From: Okamejei kenojei
Taxonomy: Eukaryota
DNA: 64,000 nucleotides
NCBI GenBank assembly: GCA_035221665.1
Contig: CM069164.1
Span: 19,840,001-19,904,000, forward strand
Direction: 5' to 3'
A program made the position numbers and the translations under genes. Of the stretch, positions 11,031 through 23,700 are shown piece after piece. The first letter of the stretch is position 1, and each line of letters begins with the position of its first letter. The notes below the pieces were generated by a model that was not told the origin of the DNA, searched no databases, and saw nothing but the letters and a program-made list of their open reading frames with translations.

Positions 11031-11789
11031 ATGGAAAGTAATGTCAGTGTCGAGCGGGGCGGCGTGGCCGTGGAGTTGGCCGGGGCTGGGCCGGCTGTGG
11101 CGAGTGGCGATGGCAGCTTCGAGCGGCGGAAGGGATCGGACAGAGGTGGCTTGTGCCCGAGGGCCGGGGAGGCGGATAGAGGGGCCGGGGATGCTGCAGG
11201 TGGCGATCCTCCGTGTTCCAGCTCCGTGACATGCCTGCAAGAGGATGGAGGTGCGGTGGAGGTGGAGGGCGCGCCTACTGGGGAGGAGAAAGTCAACAAC
11301 GGCCCCCAACACAACTTGGTAAACAAGATGGGCGAACTGAGTGAGGAGTCTGCGAGCGGGCCGGGGAAGGACCTTCTGCCCGGCCTTGCTCAGCAGCAAG
11401 CGGATAATATGCTGCCGGAAGAAAGTAGCCCGAGTAAAAACCACGAGAGTGACAGGAATCACAGCGCCAGCGATCAAAGCATGCCTGGCGAATCGCGAAG
11501 CATCGACTCCCTCGAGTCCTTTTCCAATTTGAACTCTTGTCCTAGCTCTGACTTGAACAGCGAGGGGACTGAAGACCGAGCTTTGGCTCTCGCTTTACAG
11601 AGTGAAGAGTATAACTGCAAGGACGGTGGTGCCAAACCATCTGGTTCGAAAGAAAGATTCCTTGGGCAGTCAGTTTATCACATTAAGTGGATCAAATGGA
11701 AAACGGAGAACACACCTATTATTACGCAGAATGAAAATGGTCCCTGTCCTCTGCTTGCAATCATGAACGTTCTTCTTTTGGCATGGAAG
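11031..11789 (+). CDS. MINDY2: MINDY2 exon 1: disordered N-terminus and catalytic Cys ([22 protein letters not shown])
   Basis: ORF track; donor AAG|GTATAA. Confidence 0.93.
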
Positions 11790-14700
11790 GTATAATTTAA
11801 AATAGTAAAAATCTCTTAATAATATAGTGATGCCTGTTTAGCTGACAGCATCGTGTGCTCATTGACAGAGGAGCCTTGGTTTGTCTATACCTCAAATTAA
11901 AATTTGAGATCTTCATATTCAAAGATCTACACGTCCTTGTTGTTAGTATCTATGTATTTTCCTCCAGGCTCTGATATGCTTAATTTTGGAGCTTGGCCAA
12001 GAAGGCATGCTTGACAGTGCTGGGTACAAAAAAGTAGGGGAATCTATAATATTAATGAGTTGAAGTAACTCTTAAACTTTTGTGCTATTTCTTTTAAGAT
12101 GCTCTTTATGTTGTCACTATGTAGCACCTTTCGTATGTGTTACTTTCGTAGGTGCTATAGTTTCTACCTTTTTATCTGATTTATGAATATCTATTTTTAT
12201 TATAGATTAAACTACCACCCATGGTTGAAATTATAACAGCAGAGCAGTTAATGGAGTACTTGGGTAAGATGGCTTTTATTTTTGGCTTATCCTAAAGAGA
12301 ATTTTTACTCATCTGAAATGTTGCTTCATCATATTGTCCATAATGTAAAGCTACTACTAATTCTTTATTGTAATCCTTTTAGTTTTGGGCTTTGTTAATT
12401 GAAAGACTGAAAATAAAATCGACAGCATTGAGTGTTTTTGAAATATTTCATTACAAAGTTATGAGTTGCTTCTGTTGAACTATGAACACACTCTTTTGAA
12501 AAATATACCTTCAGTGCAACTTTCTCATATTAGTGCCTTTGACCAGATACTTCAGCTACTATCATTGACTTAGAATCAACAGTGGGACTGCTGACTGTAC
12601 CTGAATGAAATTGTCCATACCTAGATGCATTAGTGTCTGTACAGTAGCTGAGTTTAAGGTGACATGTTGCAGATTCTACTTGGGCTGCACCAGTGCAAGC
12701 AATGCCATTTCCAACAGGAGATAATCTAACCCACTCTTTGTTACTCAGTGGCATTACCATAATCAAGGCTTCCTCCACAGACAACTTGGATGTCATTGTT
12801 AACTAGACTTATTTGTAACAACCACATACAGAGAGTGGATATTTAGGTGGTGAGTGATTCATCTAAATTTTGCTGCTACCTACAATGCATAAATCTGGAG
12901 TGCAGTGGAATACTCACATAGAATAACAGCATTCTGTCCAATACTGTGTGATAAAAGGCTGTCTACTTGCTTCAGTACTTGGGTTGTGTCTGCGCACTGT
13001 AGTAACTGCAGTATTCGCATAAATAGTTGGAGCTATTAGAAAAAGTCGCAAAATCTGTTTTCTTTTAAAAGGTCAGTGGAATCGTTGGCTTTATCAATGA
13101 TAACTGGGGACAAGGAGCTACCATTATCAGAGAGAAACAAAGAAAAGTGATTGTTTTCTTTAATGCAGAGGAGATTCGGAGTGTTTTAAGTGTGATTTGG
13201 CGACAATGAAAACATCAAAACTCCTTCCAGAGACAGGAAAAGGCAAGACACTAATTTAGGATAATTGGCAAAAGAACCAGAGGGCAGAAGAAAGATCTTT
13301 TTCATGCAGTAAATGACGATCTGGAATGTAATGCCCAAAAGCATAAAGCAAATTATGCTTCAGTCTGAAGAAGGGTCTCGACCCGAAATGTCGGCTATTC
13401 CTTCTCTCCATTGATGCTGCCTCACCCGCTGAGTTTCGCCAGCATTTTTGTCTACAAGCGAATTAGATATATCAGTCCTTGAGTGAATGCTGTTCTGGGA
13501 ACTGTTGGAACAGCAACTTTGATATGTAGCAGTGTTAATGTCTTGGAGATGGTATTTGTAGAGCTTTGAAAGTCTATTTGAACTATTTGTTGGTAATCTA
13601 GATTTTAGATTTATGTGGAGAATAGTAAATCCACATCTATTTGATAAGATTGTAAAGCACAAATGTCAATAGACAATCTTTTCATTGAGTAATTAGACAA
13701 AAGTAGTCCGAGCTAGACTTCTAATCAATGTTCGGAATATTCAGTTGTAACACAAAAGATAGCTTCAATGAAATAGTTCTCTATAAATAGTATGCATGGA
13801 AGAAAATGTCCGTCTGGAATTGAAAACTATTTTTTTTGCTGTTTTAAAATATGGAGCGTAGAACAAGTTGTGGTTTAGTCACTACATTGCAAGGAGTGAA
13901 GATAACGATTATTGACATAATCTAAAGAAAGCTGAAAAATGTGGAATGTAATGATGAACAAAACAAAGGGAGATGTAGGTGTGTGGATGAGATTTTTGAT
14001 AAGATGCATGAAAATGCACCTTCTGACAAAGAGCTATCAACCACAAAACCAAATGACTTAGAGGAATGTAAATAGTCAGAAACTTAGTAAAGTATCGTGC
14101 AGTTGTACATTATATGAAAGTACAAGGTGTCAAATCCTGGTAGTGGCTTTGGATTCTTCAGTGCTTTGATAATAATTATTTTTGGAGTATGTTTATTATT
14201 GTTACATGTACCACAATGCAGTGCAAATCATACCATACATGAGTGCATTGGGTAGTGCAAAGGAGCAAAAACAGATTGGGTAATTTAGTATTAAACTACA
14301 GAGAAAGTACAGGTTTTCTTTAAGTGCAAGGGCCACTCTTGGAATTAGATTGGAAGATCAGGAATTCATCCTATGTGGAAGCTGATAAGAGGGTGGAAGA
14401 TGCTGTTCTTGACTAGTTTTAGGCTTTTGTGTCTTCTGCCCGATGGGAGAAGAGGGAATGAGTATGAATGATCCTTAATTATGCTGGCTACATTCTTGAG
14501 GCAGCGTGAGTGCAGATGGAGTCAATGTGGTTGGTGGATGCTGTTTATTATGATGGACGAGGCTGTGCCACAACTGTGCAATTTCTTGCAGTGATAGGTA
14601 GAACAGTTGCCATACCAAGCTGTGATGCATCCAATAGTACACTTTCTATAATGCATCTATAGAAATTGTAAGGTGATGTTGGAGACATGCAAATTTTGTT

Positions 14701-17700
14701 GGCCTTCAGAGAAAGTAGAGCTTGGTGTGCTTTTTTGGCCGGAGCAGCAATTCTTTAGTCAGAGGTTGGTGAATCTGACGAATTCATTGCCACGGAAGAC
14801 TGTGGAGGCCATCAATGGATAATTTTAAGGAGGAGATTGATAGATTCTTGTGTAGTATGGGTATCGGGGGTTATGGGGAGAAGGCAGGAGAATGGGGTTG
14901 AGCGGGTAAGATCAGCCATGATTGAATGGTGGAGTAGACTTGATGAGCTGGTTGGCCTAATTCAGCTCCTACAATTTCTGAACTTTTGTGGTTGGTCCCA
15001 GTAAAAATTGTTGGTGGCGTTACAACTATGGTCAAAACGTTTGGCAGGGAGTGCAGGATCTAACTTGAAATGAACTTCCCACACTTTAAATTAAGCCCAA
15101 TTTGTTTATTTATCTGGAATTATGTAATTTGCATGAAGATATAATTTGTCCTTTGTAATATAAGACATGAAGTGATAAACTGCAGATTACTTCAACTTTA
15201 CACGCTGGTCAAGAGCTGATAAAGATTGTAGCGAATTGTGGACTCACCTGAGACCATCACAAACCAACCTCCCTTCTATTGACTCCATTTATACCTTATG
15301 CTGCCTCGGCAAGGCCAATAGTATAATCAAGGATGAGTCGCACCCTGACCACTCCTCCCCTCTTCCATCAGGCAAAAGGTGTAAATGTGTGAAAACGCAC
15401 ACCTCCAAATTCAGGGACAGTTTCTTCCCAGCTGTTATCAGGCAACTGAATCATCCTACCACAACCAGAGAGCAGAACTGAACTATTATCTACCTCTTTG
15501 GTGACCCTCGGACTATCCTTGAGCGGACTTTGCTGGCTTTATCTTACACTAAATATTATTCCATTATCATGTATCTATACTCTGTAAATGGCTCAATTGT
15601 AATCATATATTGTCTTTCTGCTGACTGGATAGCACGCAACAAAAGCTTTTCACTCTACCTCGGTACACGTGACAATAAACTAAACGTAACTGATTTCCAC
15701 AGTCCATTGCTGCTATCAGGTGTCTTCTGAATTAAAATTTTTTCTTTATTTTACAGTGGATTTTTCAAAATAATGTTGAAGATTTCTTAAACATGAAAAG
15801 CAAAATAGCACTTATTTCTTGCCTTCATTTAACAAAACTGCGCAAAAATGTTTGAAGATTTTGTTAAGGCTTTTAAACGTTTTCACAGTGCATTTCTCTT
15901 TGCTGGAGTTACCCAGTGGGTCAGCAGCACTCCAGTCTATGGATACCCACTATAATCTAAGGACGCCCACTCCAATCTCACTCCTTCTGAACACACAGCC
16001 CTCTGATACTCCCAGGTGGGACCATTAACTGTAGCACTACTACCAACCCCCACGGCCACTGACTTTGCAGGCCCTTGCCTATTGCCCACAGGTCAGGGCC
16101 ACTGACCCCTTCCCCACCCCCCCCCCCCCCCCCCTTCCGGCGACAGCAGCCTGTGATTGTTGACCCACATCCAGGCCAGGATCCTCCATGTTTCTGGCTC
16201 CAACTGCCTCACATTAACTGACTCTCCTGGGTCCTACTTCACTCCCCTTGCAACCAGGTACCTCAATTCGGACATCACTAGGTTCTGCTGCCCTTCAACC
16301 AATGCCAATTATGCCAGCTCTCCTAACCTCACCCTTCATACACCCATCCCCTGTAAACCGCCATCCTCCTTCCATGGTACCTCCTTGGACCCACCCTCCC
16401 CACTGCCCTCCTAATTTTTATTCCACAATCCAGTATCTATTTTTTCTTGTATTGGCATCTTCATTGGATGCGTGTATTGGCATGTGGTGCACATCCTTTT
16501 GCTGGGAGAGGCACTTGTAAGAAGAAACATCATACAATTTAACTATACATCTCCAGATGCAAATATTATTAGTAATTTTCAAAGACGAAAAAAGACCAGA
16601 TGTGGAAACAAGGAACTGCAGATGCTGGTTTACAAAGTCTTAACTTGGTCTACAAAAGAGACAAGTCTAGACTTGTGCCCAGTGTCAGTTGGAGTGTGAG
16701 GACAACACTTGCAAGCTGGACGTTCTGCATTATGAACCAATGGCCTCCATAATAAGCCTGATCAATGATTTTATCCAGGAGCCTTAAGCCCGTTTACTGA
16801 CGGAAATGAATATTTATTTGTGGATACATAATGGAGTAGGTGCATTGCCACTGCTCTTCTGCTTCTCGGCTGTAAGCTTGCTAAGCTGGATGTTGTGAAA
16901 TTATAGATCATCTGGCATCTGGAGCAGCGGATGCAGTAGATGAGGTTGGAGGAGGTGCAGGTGAACCTCTGTCGGACCTGGAAGGACTGCTGGATGTACT
17001 GTTTCCTGTGAGAAATGACATTAGTCTGTCTCATTTCAAATAAGACTAATACAAGTTTAAAAATTAAGCTGTCTGTGTTGCTGCAAAGTGGAATTTTAAT
17101 GTAATTTATGAACTCTTGCCACATTTTGTTTCTGCAGGATGAAGGCATGTAGGTAATGATGTGAAGAGAAGATATGCTTGCAGTGTTTTTATTTTTGTGC
17201 AATTTGCAAATGTTTTATTCCAACCTAAATAGATGTCATATTTTCCAGCACTACCATTCACTTTGAAGCGATAAAATGACGAAGAAGTGACAAGCCCACT
17301 AACCTTCATTTACATCAGATGACTTATGATTATTAATTCAGTTAACAATTGAATGCTTATTCATGGTCAAAATCCATATAACAGGATGCAAAGTGTATAT
17401 GTGGGTTTTACTTGATGCAAATTTGCAGCAAGTTGATTAAGTTGTAAGTAATTCATGATAAAATATCAAATGTTATAATAATATATTTTTATAGTGCAGG
17501 AGAGGTTCATAGCAATTGAGGTACAGCAACCAAAATGCCCCCCCTTGACCAGTCTGAAGAAGTGTCCTAACTTGAAACATCACCTATTTGTGTTCTCCAA
17601 AGATGCTGCCTGTCTGCTGAGTTACTTCAGCACTTTGTGTCTTTTTTACAATAAACCAGCATCTGCAGTTAATTGTATCTCATCATTTACATATGGTGGT

Positions 17701-20700
17701 TGTCTGTAAAAAGGTCATTCCTGTGTTATAGACTGCTCAACTTATGATGACCCCAAATTACAAACACTCCCATAATGTTATTAAATTTAAAAGTCTGACT
17801 CCAAAGAATGGCAGAATTATTTTCCTATCTTTCTCAACCTTTAGTAATCATTCTTCCTTATCAGTCTTATGTGCTTTTGATGTTATTGGTTTTAATATAG
17901 TGGAGGCATAGTTACCATATCAAGTGACGTTTAAATATTTTCCAACATAAGGACAAAATTTACTTTAAAAACAGAACCCTTTCATTAACTGGGGATGCTC
18001 TATATTTTATGGTTAGGGATTAAAACATTTTTAAAATGTACTTGTCAGAATTTTCAGATGAAAACCAGCAACTTCCATGATATACTCCTGTAAATCATCC
18101 AATATTTATTGTAATATATAGCATCAATGTACAAATAACCTGCTGAAGTACACAATAAATTAAATGGCTGTTAAAAAATTAGGCTTTTAAATGTTGTCAT
18201 CTCCCTCTCCAGTTTAGTATTTTATAGTCATAAAGGTGCTATTTCATTTTATTTAGTGTCGCCACCTCAAATCAACAAACACACTCCAATTAAGTAAACT
18301 TTAATCTGACAAACAGAGAATCAGTGTCAAGTTGCATGAGGCAGGTATTATTAAATCTTGGGAACACTCCACAAATTGCACCGCAGGGATTGTTTCCAAT
18401 ACCCTGTTCATTGTTTAATCACAGTTTCCAATTACCAAAACAGGCCTGCAGGTTGTTTTGTCCATCAAATAGCAACAAATTAAAAGTAAATTGAATTCTT
18501 CAACATATACATTTTGCACTTTCAATGGAATAATGTTACTTAATGTCCACGTCAAATTATAATATTTTGATGTTATCAGCTGAGTAACTATCAAATAGAT
18601 TTCACTCACACTATTGTCTAACACCCCCATCACATGTCAGCAGTTTCATGAAGGGTCCTTTTGGTTCATTCTCTGCCTTCAATTAATTAATGATCAATGC
18701 ACGCATGAATACCGATAGTAAACTTCTGAACCTTGAATTATAAGCTAGATGGGTTGTTGGAAAGTCTGGTTAGACAATCAACTTGTTAGAATACCACAGT
18801 AAATAAATGATATTATTTGTAATCCCAAATAGTTCCGTTCGTCATTCACTGATTCTCCCTTTTAGTTATTAGTACAGTTTAAACAAGTTGACTATTAGAG
18901 TTGTTCAGGTTTCTTTTTGCTTGCATTTAGCTTAGAGCTGTAGTGAAATATTGCAATTTTATACTTCTGTTCAAGGAAGATATAAAATAAACTTTGCAAT
19001 AAGCTAACAATTTACATTGGTCATGTTTCTTCATAGACTAAGATACTTTTGACGGAGATTAATTCTGAAAAGTATTAAATTGCTACGGTGATATTGGTAC
19101 ACAATGTGATGATTTTGTGTGTTACTCCAGCCTTTTTACTTCATGGCACTATTCATTTTGTGATCAATCTGGTTGTTCATTATTGATGTTGGTGTAAATT
19201 ATTGAAAAAAATGTTTAATTTAATAATTATAGGTGGGCATGTTTAAGTGTATGGAACCTAATTTAAGAAAAAATTGAAGTGGTTATTAATGAGCATTGAC
19301 GATCCTGAGAATATTTTTTTTACTTAATTCACAGGTGATTATATTCTTGATGCAAAACCAAAAGAAATCACAGATGCTCAGAGGCTGAACTATGAGCAGG
19401 TACTAATCTGTTAACTATATGTGTTTGGTGGATGGAGCCCTAAAGGAAAAGGATAGCAAGTAATGTTAATGCACATAATTCTGTAATATTTTTCATGCAT
19501 TTCAAAAATGCCCCAAAAGGAACAAGATTCATAAAGTTTTTATTCACCAAATTGTTTGGCCAATTTTGATATGATTTCACAGAAATCATAGCCAACATAT
19601 TAGTTTTGATTTGGACATATTGAGTTATTACTTTCAGGTTAGCATGTTTAGTGCATTCAGTTCACAATAAATACGAGGAATTTCATTTGCCAAGTCAGTC
19701 ATACAAATAAAAAAGCAACGGAACACACAAAATACATTTTAACATAAACATAATAATGATCATAGCATAATCACTTTCAGCTCATACAAGGTATTATAAT
19801 ATCTATGTCTTGGCTAAGTTGTCAGGAAAGACAACTTATGTATGGACAATATTGATGAGCTGTTGGCAATTAGTTTACATTCTTTAACTTATAGCCTATT
19901 TATCCGTTAGAAGTGGAAATTTAAGCACTAATTCATTTCACTACACTTTTTATTTAAATGTTATGAAGTTCCTTCAGTTTCTTGTCTAGTGATGAACTTC
20001 ACAACTACAAACTGATTGTAAATATATTTTTCTGCTCATCAAAGATTAAGCTCTAAGAGTAGTAACATGTAATAACAGTACATGTGGGTAAGAATGGCAC
20101 AATTTGGAATATGCATTACATGGAAGTTGACAAAGAAACCATACTCATATTTTCTTGCATTGCAGGACACCCTTTGGCCCCTTGAGTCAATGATAATTCC
20201 CATTCCTCCACATTTTTCCATAATCAATTCTCGCAGATACCCATCAACTCCCCTCTACCTACCACCCCATACTTCAAATCTTCCACCAGAGCAGATTATC
20301 TACAGCAGAGGTAATTTATTGCAGCCAATTAATTGCCAGCTGGAGGAAGATGTTAGTGGAATACTACAGAATCACAGAAGGCACCTTCCAAGATAACAAC
20401 TTAATGAAGCAAAAGCCATCAAACGAGCAAATAAATTTGAAGGAAGAGCAAATCCAATGTGCAGATATTTTGTAGTAGTCAATTCCACATCTATCCATCT
20501 AAGTTTAGTGTCAAAGTTGTATGCATTTATTTATGTATCATAGTGCTTCCAAATTCCCATCTGTAAATTATGGACCGTGGATGAGAGTGGGATAAAACTT
20601 GGCTTGTAGATCTTTGGCAGTTAAACAACTAAATGACATTTAAGTTTGTGATAAATGGTTGTCCGGGCAATATTCCAATTTCAGTATCCACATTGAACAA

Positions 20701-23700
20701 AGTTTCACAGATTTTGCAGTTGACTGGATTTATTTACGGATTTTATGTTGCTGATAAATCTTGAGGTAATCCTATTCTTTTTCTGAAACAGAACATGAGC
20801 GATGCAATGGCTATATTACACAAGCTGCAGACAGGATTGGATGTAAATGTAAAGTTTACTGGTGTAAGAGTATTTGAATATACACCTGAGTGCATTGTAT
20901 TTGACCTGCTTGATATTGCACTTTACCACGGATGGTTGGTGGACCCTCAGGTGAGAATACATTGGAGAGTGGTAATTTAAAAGTTGGTTGACATAAACTA
21001 CAATATTTCTTTAAATTCATTTAATGTGCTGTTGCGACTACCCACTTTCTTTCTCTCTTACCCCCCAAACACCCCCCCCCCCGGCCACATGGTTTCTGTT
21101 TGCTTCAGCCTGTGGAGTGGGCAGTGTGAGAACTCAAAGTAACCTTCATCATGTAAAAATAAAGCCCGATACAGTAAGTTAAGTCTTATTCTTCATGCCT
21201 CATCGACGAATATCTGTAGTCGAGCAAGTTACCTTGACAGAGAGCCAATTTGAGATGCATGATGAAATAGGTGTAATCTGAAACAGATTAACTTGAATTG
21301 TTAGGGAATCCATGACCCACTGCCAATTTTGTAATTGAAAGTCACTTTGCTTGTTCTTAATAGACACTTTTTTAGTAGAAGTGTCCAACATTTTGCATTC
21401 ATGAAAGAACCCATGTAGACAGTAGAACTATGGGATGCCAACTCGATAGTAAGATTACAATTGAGGCAGGTGAGGAATTTTGCACTTAAATTTGCATAAA
21501 TTGTTAGCTGAGGAAATAAGAAAACTACTTCATGATCTTTAAAATGAAGTTTCACTGATGTTTTGATGAATTAAACGTCTTGAACTGCAGTTTAATTCAG
21601 ATTAATTGTGTCAATGCCTCAGGGCACATAATAGTCAGATTGAAAGATATAATAGGTATCATTTTGTTTTTAATTTGAAATGTGATTCTTGCTGTGGATT
21701 ACATGCAAAGCTGATAATTTGGATAGTCATGAGAAATGTAGTTAGTTGTGCAAGAATTATTTTTATCCAAAATGTAAGTATTGTTTCTACAACAAGTATT
21801 TGAAAATACTTACTTTTGTTAGCAGCAAGGAAACAGACTGAAAGCAGGACTTCAATATTAGACATCTCCCAAACATCACAATTGGCACACCTCAGTGAGT
21901 ATAGAAACAAGATTTAGAAGTTGAATGCCAAAAAAGACGGGACAAAAGAGAGCTTCAAATTCTTGCGGAAATGGCACCCAATCAGGGGAGGTCAAATCTA
22001 CAAGCTGAATGGGTTGTACTTTAACGGAACTAGAACCAATATTCTTGTAGGGAGTTAAGTGCTACTAAGAGGTTTAAATGTAGTTGGCAGGATATTGGAA
22101 CTTTGAGTAGTTTATGAAGGAAAGGTAGTTTAGTTAAAAGAAAGATAGAAAGGATTAAAGCAATATAGAAATGCAATAAGGACGTTTGGCAATGACTAAT
22201 TGAATGCCCTTCAATTTAAGTAGTATAAAATGGACCAAAGGTATGTATCTGTGGATAAATTATATTTTAGCTTTACTGTTATGTGGCTTGAAGGGCAGGA
22301 GGTGCAATTGAACATTATTGATTATTTGGTTCAGAAAGGACAAGAGGATAGTAATAAAGACAAGAAGAGTTGAGAGGAATTGTTGAAACACAGTTGAAAC
22401 AAGGGTTGATGTACTGAACAAGTAACAAATGAGGACACTTGAAAACTGCCATTTGCCTTCAAACTATCATCTGCCCTGAAACGTGTGTGAATCCCTCCAG
22501 TTAACACTTAGGTGATCATCTTTAACAGGAGTAAACATCTGGGAAAAATGCCAGGTAAGGGACAGTACTTAAATAAAGTTAATTGTGCAGCTCTTTCAAT
22601 GAGCTTTCTGAAATAGTAGTTAGTGCTTGTGAGGGCCCTGTCCAGATTGGTGCAGTGTGCCTTGCCCTGGCATTGGGTGGGCTATGTGCATTGGGCAGAA
22701 AGCAGGATGAGAGTCAAGGTCTTAACTGAGTTTTCAGTTGCAACCTTGAAAGAGCTTCTTCCAGTCAGCAGGGTAAACTGACTGATCATTCCATTTATGA
22801 TGCTGTGGCTATCCAGGTGACTCTCATTTCTGCTCACATAACCAATTTGTATGTGGAGAAAATTGGTCCAATATTTATATTATGGTATGTGTAAAGTGTC
22901 ACAGAATGTGGCATCTTTGTTAGCCATAGGTCAGAAAGATGTAAAGTTTCTATTCTGAGACCCAAAGAGAGCAGGACACATAAAGGTGTAGAATATAGGA
23001 CTCGGAAAGTCATGCTAGGCAATTGGGCTATAGGTCAGGCACAGTTCTGGGCATCTGATTACAAGAAATATATATTTTCACCAAAGAAAGAGACGTTGTT
23101 GCTATGGCTGGGAAAGATGAGGAAAGTTAGGGGAGGTTGGAATTGTTTACTTTACAAAAGAAGCATTTTATCAAGGTATATAAAATAAAGAGGCCCAGAT
23201 GGGTTAAATTGGAAGCACCCATTTCCTTTGAAAGACCAGGCAATAGTTGGGGATCAGATACATGGTAATTCATAAAATAAAACAGGAATTTCTGGAAATA
23301 CTCAGCAGGTCACTCTGCATTTGTGGAAAAAGAAACAGACTTAACGTTTCAGGTTGAACGAGAGAAAAACTTGTTAAGCTCTGCGGGGAGTGGTGAGGGG
23401 TGATGCCCATAATAAGGTAAACCAAGATGAGCATGCTTTAAATGAGGCTAACTGGTCAGTGAGTGAATTGAGTATTTACAGTATGATAACACATACCCAA
23501 AAACATAGACGCTGTGAAATGCAGTGTGAGAGAATAGCCTGACAGGTAAGCTGGGTATGTCCCCCACTTCCAGAGGAGGAGGGGGGAAAAAAAAGAAAAG
23601 CTGAGCCAATATCATAGTTGGATGGCAGATGCCAACAGAAAAATCAAGATACCTGAAGTTGTAGAACGGATGATTCAGTCCAATGGGCTGCAGTGTGCCC

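Noticed and set aside
10895-11477. Antisense ORFs over MINDY2 exon 1
   Set aside because: Shadow ORFs of a GC-rich coding exon
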